Positions 13,700 to 25,953 of a stretch of 64,000 bases of DNA are shown in pieces (positions within the stretch are counted from its first letter, which is position 1; every line of letters begins with the position of its first letter). The notes under the pieces are model-generated. The model was not told the origin of the DNA. It saw nothing but the letters and a program-made list of their open reading frames with translations, and did no database searches. Source of the DNA: Squalus acanthias (taxonomy: Eukaryota); NCBI GenBank assembly GCA_030390025.1, contig CM059431.1, positions 124,126,001 through 124,190,000 of the forward strand, given 5' to 3'. The position numbers were made by a program, and so were the translations under genes.

Positions 13700-15050
13700 G
13701 TTTGGGTTGTCCTATGAGAAGAGATTGAGTAGATTTGACCTATATTCTCTGGAGTTTAGAAGAATGAGAGGTGATCTCATTGAAACATAAGATTCTGAGG
13801 GGGATTGACAGGGTAGATGCTGAGAGGTTTTTTTCCCCTGGCTGAAGAGTCTAGAACTAGGGGATATAGGGGGGAAAATTCAGTTGGTTTGCGCCTCCCG
13901 TTAGCGGCTTAAGAGGGCGCTAATGGGGTGCAAAGCAACAAGTGCCCGTGCGCGGCGATGTTTGCACCGCTCACAAAATTAACTAGACATTTTGCGGCGG
14001 CGCTAAACACTACCACCACGATCTCCTGTGCCGGCAGATCGTGACGTCAGTCGAGTGCGCAACGCCCCGATAGCGCCCTGGACCGGATATTGAGTGGCGC
14101 CCCCTGCCTTACCGCTTGCCGCTAGCAACGACAGGTTGAGGGCAGCGTTTTGCAGTCAGAAAGGGACTGGGGGAGCGCTATTTAAAGGCGACCGCTTCCT
14201 GCCTTTTTTTGTTGGTGACATTTTTGCACCACGCATTCTGAGAGAGAGAGAGAGAGACTTCTGGAGAGATTCAACGCTGTGTGAAGGAGTTTTGGTTACT
14301 GAGCAGCACTTTGCAGTTTCATTTTGATTTGCACTTCCTTGTATTGATTTAGAAGAGACTGTGGGGGCTGCACTCTGAGCTCTTTGCCTGGTACTCTCCA
14401 TTGTTCTGTCCAGCAGATTTGATGTACAGGTCTCTCCAGGCCGAGATTCAAGGCTGCAATGAGCAGGATGTGGATGGAGAGCAAGATCAACCCTCCCCTT
14501 TTAGAACTGGCCGGCGCCATTGTGTCTGTGTTCCATTGCTGACTGACATCACATGAGCTTCGCCAGCGCTCTGAGGTAGCACCTCGCTCCTCGGCCTTTG
14601 CGCCTTAAGACAGTTGTGAAGCGCCTGATTTAGCGCTCCAATCACCTCCAGGGGCGATAAAAGCCAAGTTTGCAGTCGGAGGCAATAATTAGCGCCAGGC
14701 GCTAATCTTTGCGCCCGGCCGATAATTGCGCCCCAAAAGGGGCGATACTGAATTTCTCCCTCATAGTCTCAGGATAAGGGGTCAGCTATTTAAGACTGAG
14801 ATGAGGAGGAATTTCTTCACTCAGAGGGTTGTGAATCTTTGGAATTCTCTAATGCAAAGGTCTGTGGATGCTGAATTGTTGAGTATATTCAAAACTGAGA
14901 TAGGTAGATTTTTGGTCTCTAGAGGAAATCAAGGGTTATGGAGATTGGACGGGAAAGTGGAGTTGTGGCTGAAGATCAGCCATGATCTTATTGAATGACA
15001 GTACAGGCTTGAGGGGCTGTATTTTCCACTGCTGCTCCTAATTCTTACGT
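13700..15050 (+). mobile_element. CR1 LINE 3' fragment split by a MITE
   Basis: CR1 end motifs (SLEFRRMRGDLIE, RRNFFTQRVVNLWNSL) and 3' UTR, collinear with the copy at 27385-27815. Confidence 0.85.
13869..14762. mobile_element. Harbinger MITE of the main family
   Basis: TIRs GGGGGGAAAATT / AATTTCTCCCTC, TSD ATA. Removing it restores the CR1 sequence AGGGG..ATAGTCTCAGG. Left end matches 31411 onward. Confidence 0.85.
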
Positions 15051-15428
15051 TGTAATAGTGCAAGGGCAAGCTGAATGGATGTAGCAAAAAGAGTGAAATA
15101 AACAGAAGGATATCTCAATAGCGTGAGATGAAGTAAATAGAGTGGGAGAAAGCTTGTGTAGAGCATAAACTTCAGCCAAATGGTCAGTTTCCTCACAGGT
15201 ATTCCCATGTTTTAGCACTGTACCTGTGTGTTGCTGCTCAATTAAATTTGTCTTATGAAATTTGGCAAAGAACAAACAATGAGCGCACATGTAGCCCAAG
15301 CTGCCTGCATGCTGCATGGTCACAAATTCACATAAGATGGCTGATGGCTGAAATCCACTTCTATCACTAGGTAATGCGGGTTATTTTCTTCTACACTTGT
15401 TCTATGGCAATAGCCTGTTTAAGAACAA

Positions 15429-16410
15429 TGTTATGTAAGTCACATCAATTTGCAGTCACCTTGGATACCAAAGGTGATCTGTACTTAATGCCTCTTCTGA
15501 TCCTGCTTTGCCCCTCGTGAGCCAACAGATAGAGATGGATGAGCAGCGGTATTGTTGTAACTTTTTGATATTTTTACCTATATGGCCTAGAAGGGATTTT
15601 GTTTTAATTTATGCTATAATATTGCTTGAAGTTAGCTTCAGCTTACAAATAATTAACTCCCAGAACTACACAATCTATTTAGAATAAGGATAGTTTGGTT
15701 CCCAGGATGGGATATCAGACAGGTCAGCTAGCATAGACATGAGGTTGTTTGTGTTCACATGTGACATGAGCTTTGAGACAATGAAGTTTGTTCAGGACTG
15801 GTCCAGGGCATCTCTTGCCATTATAAAATAGTTTTCATTCATTATGCCCAGCAAGGGGCGTAGCTGAATAGGCAAATAGATGCCACAAGTTACAGCACCA
15901 AAGGGGCTCTTTTCATTCCAGGTGGTAACTTTGATTGGAGCTTATCAGACCATTCCTCGATATTCAGTGTTGAGTGAGGGATCCGAGGACAGTCTTTTTT
16001 GTCTCTCTCTCCCTCTGGAGATCTAGTGTGAAACAATCAGAGTTAGAGATATTTCTCTCTAGTAGGTTAGGAAGGCAGAGAGACTCCAGCTCTGCATATG
16101 CAAAGCCCATAACAGAGGAAGTGAGATGCCTGTTAACTCATATATAGCTATCTTATGAGTAAGTTTAGCTTATATTAGTGGCAGTGTTGTTTAGTTGTTA
16201 ATTTATTTGTACAGATAGCAATGGAGAATTAGTTGAATCTCATTGTTAAACCAGTATTCTCTTCATTCATATATTTCATGTAAAATAAGCTAGTTTGTTG
16301 ATTTATATTCATGCCTTGCCCCTTCACGAGAGTACTTTTCAGTATATCTTCCATAAAGACAGAAGAACACTTGGTGGAACATGCAAGATCACAGTATTCA
16401 GTACATAACA
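15429..16410. mobile_element. Probable solo LTR (~0.98 kb)
   Basis: Perfect 9-bp terminal inverted repeat TGTTATGTA...TACATAACA; flanks ACAA/AGAA (TSD with one mismatch). Confidence 0.55.
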
Positions 16411-16790
16411 AGAATTTGATGTTAAAAACCTTGGGCTAGAAATTCACTAAAGCCCAAGAATGGGCGGTAAAATTAGAAAAGTTGGAGAATTAGCACCAGG
16501 CGCTAATGCTTTAGACTGCACACAAAATTTATGCTCACTGCTCAAAGAAATGATTGGATCCCTAATTCAACTCTTAAAGTGCAAGCTCATTGGCATTACA
16601 GTCAAAAGTTGGAAAATATCAGGTGCAGTCTAATCGCAAGTCATGATTGCTACAGGCTTTTTTCAGTTCTTAAAGGGAAGGTTCATTGATGCTGCAGAAC
16701 TTCATTCTCAGCATTGCTGGCTGTGCAGCTGCCTCAGCAAGCAGCAGCAGGTCAAGGAGAAGGAGCCGGAGGACGGAAGCAGCTATACTC

Positions 16791-18677
16791 ATGGCAGATC
16801 CACACCCCAGGGAGAGAGCCCGCAGATTCTGTGATCAAACATTGGAAGCATTGGGGTTCACTGTGGAGAGACGGAGAGCAGTGCTCTACCCAACAAGTGG
16901 CAGGAGGTCCTCACCGCAAGTCTTCCAAACCATGTGGAGGGAGGTAACACAGCATGTCTTGAGCAGCACTGTGGTCCCCAGGACTCACACACAGTGCAGC
17001 AAGAAATTTGATGACCTCACTCAGGTGGTCAGGGTGAGTGAATGCTTCAACAAATGCTACATACCACCATCTGAACGACAGTCTTCACACACTGCCCAAA
17101 GGACCACCCCCCCAGCACTCACCTACCAACAATCGCTACCCACCAACACTCACAACCACCCCTTGAACACAATGACAGCTATTCAACTGTGGCAGGCACA
17201 TGACCCAAACACATTACTCCACACTCACACACTTTCCTTGTTCATGCAGACCAAGGTGGCTTACAACAGGAGGGAGCAGGAGCGCACAGGCAGGGGACAA
17301 GCTGACACCCAACCACTGTCTGCGCTGGAAAATAGAGTGCTGGAGATTATTGGGCACCAGGTGGTGGGCGCCGTGGCCAACGGCAATGTTGATCCTCTTG
17401 GGGACAACAACGGTATGTTCATCCCTACTACTTCTTCTCAACACCCACTTCCCCCTCACCCCACAAGCGTTTTGCACTTTCCAGCTACTCATGCTGTATG
17501 CATGTATTTCTCCCTTCCTGCCCCCCTCCCCTCACCTTAACCTGACTCTTGTGCCTTTATGCTTTCAGATAATCAGCAAGCAGCTGAGCAGTCTGTCCCT
17601 GAGGGCACCGTAGAGCGTGAGGCGGGAGAAGAGGAGGAGGAAGAAAACACCGTGTCACTGCATGTCTCACCCGCAGGCACCAGCTCAGATACTGGCACTA
17701 TGTGTTCTTTAGAGGCTAGTATAGTAGCGAGATCTGCACAGGGTGATGCACTGGGGATGAGTGAACTGCAGAAAGGCCAGGGGGAAAGGGTAGCTCAGGG
17801 GCCAGCTCCCCAGAGGGCGAGTTCGCCCACAAGTTCTGCTGCACAGGACTCAGATGAGGACCTCGATGGGTAGGCCTTTAGAAGAAGGGTGATGGGAATG
17901 CACACGGAGATGATAGGTGCAATGGCAAGGGTGCCCAAGAGCCTCTCGGCAATGATAAGGAGCGTGGAGCAGTCCGTCGCCAGCATTGCACAAGGCTCTG
18001 CGCACACCATGGAGCCAATGGTAGACTCCCAGAGAGATTGTGGCAACCCAGAACTGATGCCGTATGTGATGGGCGATCTGACAGCTTCCATTGCAGGACA
18101 AGTGGAAGCAACGCAACGTCTTAGTGTTGTAATGCAGTCTATGCTTGGTGGCATCCAATCTTAGACTGCTCTCATGTAGTCTCAGCTTGATGCCACGCAA
18201 GCTCTGACAGCTGGCATTGTGGCTGAGTCTACAACTGTCGACCGGGGCTCTCACAGTGTCGCAGCAGGCTCTCACAGTATCGCACCAGGCCAGCAATCTG
18301 TGCTAGGGAGGCTGAGGTGCTGCCCCGGGGGAGTGGCAGTGGGTCAGTGGGGCAGGAACCTGCTGTCCTCTCTCAGGATGACAGCATTACTGCTCCAACC
18401 ACTGCCACTCTGCCATTGCCCTTGTCGCTGCCTGTCATACAGCCAGCCCAGACTGCTGTCACCCATGCTGAGGTGGTGCAGTCTACAGCCGGGCCTTCCA
18501 GGCCCAGAGCTGGTCGAGGGGGTCCTGTAAGGCCACTTGAAGTCTCCTGTATGGACACTCAGCAGCCTTCCACCAGCCGTGCTGCAGCCACTGGGCCAAC
18601 ACTTCATAAGAGCACTAGAGTAGGCAAAGGCACAGTAATGAGAGGCACTAAGGGATTGCACAAGGGTGAATATTTAA
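16791..18677 (+). pseudogene. Harbinger Myb/SANT-like DNA-binding protein, 3 exons (16791-17033, 17250-17412, 17569-~18677)
   Basis: RERARRFCDQTLEAL...MWREV...RTHTQCSKKFDDL; canonical GTGAGT/TGCAG and GTATGT/TTTCAG sites keep frame; stops in exon 3. Confidence 0.8.
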
Positions 18678-18829
18678 TATTTTTGTTTTAAATATGTGTT
18701 CACTGATTTTTGATAAATTCAGTTTGCACTATTTTGTGGTGTGTCTGATTTAAGCTTTGCGCTGTGATATAGCCTGCGATAGGGATGGAATGATGGGGAT
18801 GTGGTGAGCAACGGGGATCTGGGGGTAAT

Positions 18830-20005
18830 TCAATCGAACCGCTATCTGATGAGGCGGTCACAGACTGCCCTTCCGGAAGTCCGGTTGAGTGGCTGCCTCC
18901 TCCCTCGCTCCTGTTACTCCTGTCCTCGTCCTCGTCATCCTCCTCCTCTCCCTTTTCCTCCTCCTGAGGTGGTCCCACAATCCCTGGTGGCAAGGGCTGG
19001 GCCCTCATGATGGCCAAGTTGTTGAGCATGCAGCAGACCACCACGAAATGGGACACCCGCTCAGCCGAGTACTGGAGGGCTCCTCTTGAGCGGTGAAGGC
19101 AGCGGAACTGTTGCTTCAGCTGGCCGATAGTCTACTCGATGATGTTCCTGGTGGCAGAATGGCTCTCATTATATGAGTGCTGGGCAGGAGTGCTGGGTTT
19201 GCAGAGGGGAGTCATGAGCCAGTTGGAGAGTGGATAGCCCTTGTCTCCGACCAGCCAGCCGCAAGCTTTACGTGGTGGCTGGAAGAGTGCTGGCACACCG
19301 GTCTGGCACAGGATGAAGTCATTGTGGCTGCTGCCAGGATAGCTGGAATTGACATTGAGGATTCATTGTCTGTGGTCGGGCACCAACTGCACATTAAGTG
19401 AGTGGTAGCCTTTGCGGTTACGGAAGATCTCAGGATTGTTATGCGATGCCCGCAAAGCCACATGGGTTCAGTCAATGGCGCCCTGCAACATGGGGAATCC
19501 CGCAAAGCCAAATGCACACTCATCCTGCTTCTCTCTGGTGATGGGGAAGGAAATGTAATATCCTTCTCCTACTGTAGAGAGCCTCTGTAGAGAGCCTCTG
19601 TGACCTCCCGGATGCAGCGATGGACAGCAAACTGCGAGATGTTAGCTGTGTCTCCTGTTGTAGACTGGAAGGATCCGCTGGCAAAGAAATTAAGAGTGAC
19701 AGTGACCTTGACTGCCACTGAGAGAGCCGTGGTCGTCCTGATCTGAGGTTGGAGGTCTGGTTGTTGGAGGTGGCAGAGTTCGGTGGTCACCTCCTTGGTG
19801 AAGTGGAGCCTTCTAATACACTGCTCCTTGCTTAATTGGAGGTCGGAGAAGTGCTCTCGGAATATCCTCAGAGGGTAAGGCCTCCTGTTGAGAGTCCTGA
19901 TGGCTCTCCTCCTCCCTCTGGGCATATGTTCCACTCTTTCTCGCGCCTCCGCTCCCTCCACTGTAGATCCTGAAGGGTGAGACTAACTACCAGTACAGCC
20001 CCCAT
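18830..20005 (-). pseudogene. Harbinger (HARBI1-like) DDE transposase
   Basis: LSVAVKVTVTLNFFASGSFQ...SQFAVHRCIREVT, GAIDxTH and CCMLNNLA motifs; frameshifts and stops. Confidence 0.9.
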
Positions 20006-21229
20006 TAATGTAACAAAGTGTAGCAGTTTGATTTTTTTAACAATAAATGTAACTACTTTTCAGTTGCCACAACACTCCTGATACTAAATAACCTTGAAAT
20101 TATGGAATCGGACTGTCAGTGAAACTGACAAGAAAACATTGAAACTCCACTAACCTACAGCTGCGACTCATTACTGATGATCCCTTTAAATAAGGTCCCT
20201 GAAGTTGGCTTCCTGCTGCTCCACGCCAGCACTGGCTGTAGCTGTTTATTCCAGGCGCTAAGGTAGATAGCGATAATCAATTTCACTGATTGAGCGCTCA
20301 GTTGCACACTCACTGATGTCACGATGCACCTGGCATTGAGGCTCCTGCCGATAACTGTTAGTGGCGCGCTGCAGGGGGGCGGGATTTTGCGTGTGGCATT
20401 GGATTCGCCTCACCCCGGCGATAATGCTCGAGTGCTCCGTTAGCGCCCTCTGATGGCGCTAACAGGAGGCACTAAGGTATCAAATTCCCCCCCCCCCTTG
20501 GATCATGCTGTTGTTGAACTAGATATTGGGCAGTAAAGATGCACCCCTGGTTGTGGTACACAAGGGCCACTTGTGACCTGTAGCACTGAACCTAAGAGAA
20601 TATCTGCTGCCACTTTGTAACAATAGCGACAGGGGATATGAAGGCAAAGCTCAATTACAGTTCCCTTAGCTAATACCCATAGACTGTAGATGATTTAAGA
20701 AGTTATAGATAGCTGCCGCAGTGAATGTCATGGACACTATGAAATAAATACTGAAATTGCTGGTTCAACAGAGAAAAACAGACTCCTTTAAGAGACGGGA
20801 ACCAACATGTCCAATGATCCAGTGTTTGTTGTATATGGGTGCTGAGTTCCAACAGGACTGTGCAGGACCTGAAACTGCAATGTGGGGTAAGGACCTAATT
20901 AACATTAACTTTTGAGATCTTAATGGGCCCTGTGCATGCCATTTGTGCAGGAAAACAGCACCACAGCTGTTTTCCCATCGCACTATCCCACGCAGTAGGT
21001 ATCAGCACGCAGTAATACTGGTTGCCTGCTCCTGACCCATGTCAATGCTGCCAGGGTGGGAAGAATAGGCGTGTCCCTACCCCACCAGAGAAGCCAAATA
21101 GTGCAGTGTAAACATCCAGCATGGGTAGGGCTGCCAGGCCTACCCTCCTAAAAGCAAACTGAGGGAGTTTCCCGTGGGTCACTTTGCAAGAGACACACTT
21201 CAGCTTAAAAACAAAGGTCTCCCCATGGA

Positions 21230-23019
21230 CTTCTTTGAGAAACTCATGGACTTCTTTGTCACTAAGATTGAGACCATCCGATCAGCTGCATCTGCCTCTT
21301 CCCTCCCTTCCCCTAGCCCACCAGGCCAAATTTCCTCTAAGGTTCCCCCCTGCCCTAGCCCTGAACTCACATCTTTCTCTAGTTTCATTCCTATCTCCCC
21401 TCATGCCCTCTCTGAGCTCATCTTGTCCATGAGTCCCACCTCCTGCTCTCGCAGCCCTATTCCCACTTAATTGCTGACCAGCCAACTTCCCTTCCTGGCT
21501 CCCATGTTAGCTGATATTGTTCACAGTTCTCTCCCCTCAGGTACTGTCCCACTCTCCTTCAAATCTGCCATTATCACCCCTCTCCTCAAAAAAACAACCC
21601 TTGATCCCTCCGTCCTTGCAAACTACCACCCCATCTCCAAAATTCCTTTCCTCTCCAAGGTCCTTGAATGTGTTGTTGCCTCCTAACTGTGCCCATCTTT
21701 CCCGGAACTTCCCGTTGGAATCCCTCCAATCAGGTTTCCGCCCCTGCCACAGTAACAAAATGGCTCTTATCAAAGTCACAAATTTTATCCTATGTGACTG
21801 TGACAAAGGTAAAGTATCTATCCTCGTCCTTCTCAACCTGTCTGCAGCCTTTGGCACGGTTGACCACACCATCCTCCTCCAACACCTCTCCACTGTTGTC
21901 CAGCTGGGTGGAACTGAACTTGCCTGGTTCCATTCTTATCCATCTAATCGTAGCCAGAGAATCACCTGCACTGGCTTCTCTTCCCACTTCTGCACCGGTA
22001 TCTCCGGTGTCCCCACAGGGATCTATCCTTAGCCCCCTCCTATTTCTCATCTACATGATGCCCCTTGGCGACGTCATCCAAAAACACAATGACAGGTTCT
22101 ACATGTACGCTGACAACACTCAGCTCTACCTCACCACCACCTCTCTCAATCCCTCCACTGTCTCTAAATTGACACACTGCTTGTCTGACATCCAGTACTG
22201 GATGAGCAGAAATTTGCTCCAGATAAATATTGGGAAGACCAAAACCATTGTCTTCCGTTCTCTAGCCACCGACTCCATCCCTCCCCCTGGCAACTGTCTG
22301 AGGCTCAACCAGATTGTTCGTCACCTTGGCATCATATGTGACCCCGAGATTATCTTCCGACCACATATCCACACCATCACTGAGACCGCCTATTTCCATT
22401 TCCTGAACATCGCTCGACTCCACCCTTGCCTCAGCCTCATCTGCTGCTGAAACCTTCATCAATGCCTTTGTTACCTCTAGACTTGACTATTCCAACGCAT
22501 TCCTGGCCCACCTCCCACGTTCTACTCTCCGTAAACTTGAGGTCATCCAAAACTCTGCTCCCCATGTCCTAACTCACACCAAGTCCCATTCACCCATCAC
22601 CCCTGTGCTCGCTGACCTGCATTGGCATCTGGTTAAGCAACATCCTTGATTTTAAAATTCTCATCCTTGTTTTCAAATCCCTCCATGGCCTCACCCCTCC
22701 CTATCTCTATAATCTCCTCCAGCCCTGCAACCCTACAAGATATCTGTGCTCCTCTAATTCTGGCCTCTTGAACATTCCCAATTTTAATTGCTCCACCATT
22801 GGTGGCCGTGCCTTCAGCTGCCAAGGCCCTAAACTCTAGAATTCCCTCCCTGAACCTCTCCACCTCTCTACCTCTTTTTCCTCCTTTAAGATGCTCCTTA
22901 AAACCTACCTCTTCTGCCCTAATATCTCCTTATGTGGCTCAGTGTCAAATTTTGTTTTGTAAGGCTCCTGTGAAGCGCCTTGGGATGTTTTACTACATTA
23001 AGGTGCTATATAAATACAA
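21230..23019 (+). mobile_element. L2 LINE 3' half (RT pseudogene); tail continues at 25162-25190
   Basis: NYHPISKIPFLSKVLE, QSGFRPCH, LSAAFGTVDH, PQGSILSPLLFLIYM and YADNTQLY motifs; L2 tail. Confidence 0.92.
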
Positions 23020-23070
23020 ATGTGAGAAGTCGCACAACACCAGGTTATAGTCCAACAGTTTTATTTGAAA

Positions 23071-23107
23071 TCACAAGCTTTCGGAGCGCTGCTCCTTCGT
23101 CAGGTGA
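23071..23107 (-). ncRNA. Minimal type I hammerhead ribozyme motif (intact core)
   Basis: Minus strand reads TCAC-CTGACGA-A-GGAGC-AGC-GCTCC-GAAA-GC-TT-GTGA: stem I, CUGANGA, stem II, GAAA, palindromic stem III. Confidence 0.7.
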
Positions 23108-25037
23108 AGTGAAGAGATGCATATAGGCACAGCATATATAGTCAGAGAACACTGCCAGATGATTACAGTTAATCCTTCCAACTGCCCTTTATCACACCTC
23201 GGCAGAGAGATAATCACGGCAATCAAAGTGTGGATGGTGTCCAAACAGGTCAGTCAGGAAAACTTTATATCAAAGACAATGTGGCAGATGCTGGGGTCTG
23301 TATGGAAAACAAAAAACTTTTTTTGCTGGAAATCACAGCAGGGCCGGCCGCATCTGTGTAGAGAGAACAAGCCAACGACGACTCGAGTCTGGATGACTCT
23401 ACGTCAGGTGGGGTTACATGTAGCGTGACATGAACCCAAGATCCCGGTTGAGGCCGTCCACATGGGAGCGGAACCTGGCTATCAGTTTCTGCTCGACGGT
23501 TTTGCATTGTCGTGTGTCTCGAAGGCCGCCTTGGAAAATGCTTATCCGAAGATCGGAGGCTGAATGTCCTTGACTGCTGAAGTGTTCCCCAACTGGGAGG
23601 GAACACTCCTGCCTGGCGATTGTTGCGTGGTGTCCGTTCATACGTTGTCGCAGTGTCTGCATGGTCTCGCCAATGTACAATGCTCCGGGGCATCCTTTCC
23701 TGCAATGTATGAGGTAGACAACATTGGCCGAGTCACATGAGTATGTACCATGTACCTGGTGGGTGGTGTCCTCACGTGTGATGATGGTATCTGTGTTGAT
23801 GATCTGGCATGTCTTGCAGAGGTTGCCGTGGTAGGGTTGTGTGGTGTCACAATGCTCCACTTCTCCAGTTTCCACCCTAACCACGTTAAAGAAGCCATCC
23901 CCTATGGACAAGCCCTGCGAATACACAGGATCTGCTCAGACGAGGAGGAACACGATGGACACTTACAGACGCTGAAAGACGCCCTCGTAAGAATGGGATA
24001 TGACACTCGACTCGTTGATCGACAGTTCCGACGGGCCACAGCGAAAAATCGCATAGACCTCCTCAGAAGACAAACACGGGACACAACCAACAGAGTACCC
24101 TACGTCGTCCAGTACTTCCCCGGAGCGGAGAAACTACGCCATGTTCTTCGCAGCCTTCAACATGTCATTGATGACGATGAACACCTCGCTAAGGCCATCC
24201 CCACGCCCCCACTACTTGCCTTCAAATAGCCGCCTAACCTCAAACAGACCATCGTTCGCAGCAAATTACCCAGCTTTCAGGAGAACAGCGACCACGACAC
24301 CACACAACCCTGCTACGGCAACCTCTGCAAGACATGCCAGATCATCAACACAGATACCATCATCACACGTGAGGACACCACCCACCAGGTACATGGTACA
24401 TACTCATGTGACTCGGCCAACGTTGTCTACCTCATACGTTGCAGGAAAGGATGCCCCAGAGCATGGTACATCGGCGAGACCATGCAGACACTGCGACAAC
24501 GTATGAACGGACACCGTGCAACAATCGCCAGGCAGGAGTGTTCCCTCCCAGTCGGGGAACACTTCAGCAGTCAAGGACATTCAGCCTCCGATCTTTGGGT
24601 AAGCATTCTCCAAGGCGGCCTTCGAGATACACGACAACGCAAAATCGTCGAGCAGAAACTGATAGCCAAGTTACGCACCCATGAGGACGGCCTCAACCGG
24701 GATCTTGGGTTCATGTCACGCTACATGTAACCCCACCTGACGTAGAGTCATCCAGACTCGAGTCGTCGTTGGCTGGTTCTCTCTACACAGATGCGGCCGG
24801 CCCTGCTGTGATTTCCAGCAAAACAAGTTTTTTGTTTTCCATACAGACCCCAGCATCTGCCACATTCTCTTTGATGTAATGTTTTCCTGACTGACCTGTT
24901 TGGACACCATCCACACCTTTGATTGCCGTGATTATCTCTCTGCCGAGGTGTGATAAAGGGCAGTTGGAAGGATTAACTGTAATCATCTGGCAGTGTTCTC
25001 TGACTATATATGCTGTGCCTATATGCATCTCTTCACT

Positions 25038-25074
25038 TCACCTGACGAAGGAGCAGCGCTCCGAAGGCTTGTGA
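25038..25074 (+). ncRNA. Minimal hammerhead ribozyme motif (GAAA changed to GAAG)
   Basis: TCAC-CTGACGA-A-GGAGC-AGC-GCTCC-GAAG-GCTT-GTGA, followed by AATAAA. Confidence 0.6.
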
Positions 25075-25953
25075 TTTCAAATAAAACTGTTGGACTTTAA
25101 CCTGGTGTTGTGCGACTTCTCACATTTGTCCACCCCAGTCCAACACCGGCATCTCCACATCATATAAATACAAGTTTTTGTTGCTGTTGTTCAGTAGAAT
25201 TCACTTGAACAGGTAGTGCTTATATGATAAAATGATTTGTGAATAAAATCCTGATATATGAAACCTGTTGTTTCCTTTAAGTGTAAATAAAAATTCTTAG
25301 CTGTAGAGCTCTTAAACTAATAAAATGCTTAAATAAATCAGATTTCCTACAGTTTATTCACCTAAGCAGCTGTGGAATGTAATAGACACCGTCTACTGAT
25401 TAACACTTCATTCAAGTAGCTGAGCTGTGACCATCAAAAAGCTCATTAACATATCAAAGCATTGTGGTGTCTTGTAAGATATACAGCAAAGAACGATAAA
25501 GACCTGTATTCATAAGGTTTGTTTTTACCATGAAGTTTCAGATGTTCTTGAGTAGCCAGTGTGGGCTTTGAAAAATACTTCCCAAAGAGATTGATGATAG
25601 AGTGGAATGTTTTGATGAAATAAAAACAGAAAATACACAGCAGGTCTGTCAACATCAGAAACGTGAAAAAATAGGTTACCAGCTTGGGAGTAAATGGAAA
25701 TGAAAAGATAAGTGATCTTCCTTATGGGATTCAAAGAAAATGAAGGAGTGAGGGGAGAACAATTGGTAAAAGTCAAGAGTCAGGTTTGCTAATGATTACT
25801 ATAAAGAATCAATTATAAACAGGATTTTTAAAAAGCTCGTAACTGCTGAAAAAAAAATCTTTATTTCAATCAGGCAGTTAAAAAGGCATTTGGAAGATAA
25901 AATAAATGGTATATTAGCCTTTATTGCAAAAGGATAGGAGTATAAGAGTAAAG

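Larger units (their letters stand above)
16433..20497. mobile_element. PIF/Harbinger transposon copy A (full-length, decayed)
   Basis: Ends GGGCTAGAAATTC / CAAATTCCCCC; Myb gene on + and transposase on - in convergent arrangement. Confidence 0.9.
23016..25161 (+). mobile_element. Penelope-like retroelement, 5'-truncated, with an inverted duplication
   Basis: RT thumb (AIPYGQALRIHRICS), linker and GIY-YIG (NVVYLIRC...YIGET...LRQRMNGHR...EHFS...GLN) at 23849-24730. 23016-23848 is the reverse complement of 24296-25129. TSD ATATAAATACAA. Confidence 0.92.

Noticed and set aside
16686..16790. In-frame N-terminal extension (MLQNFILSIAGCAAA...RSRRRSRR) of the Myb protein in copies A, B and D
   Set aside because: Its ATG lies only ~15 bp after the TATA-like TTAAAGGG, probably upstream of the transcription start, and it is out of frame in copy C. 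Not excluded without 5' RACE.
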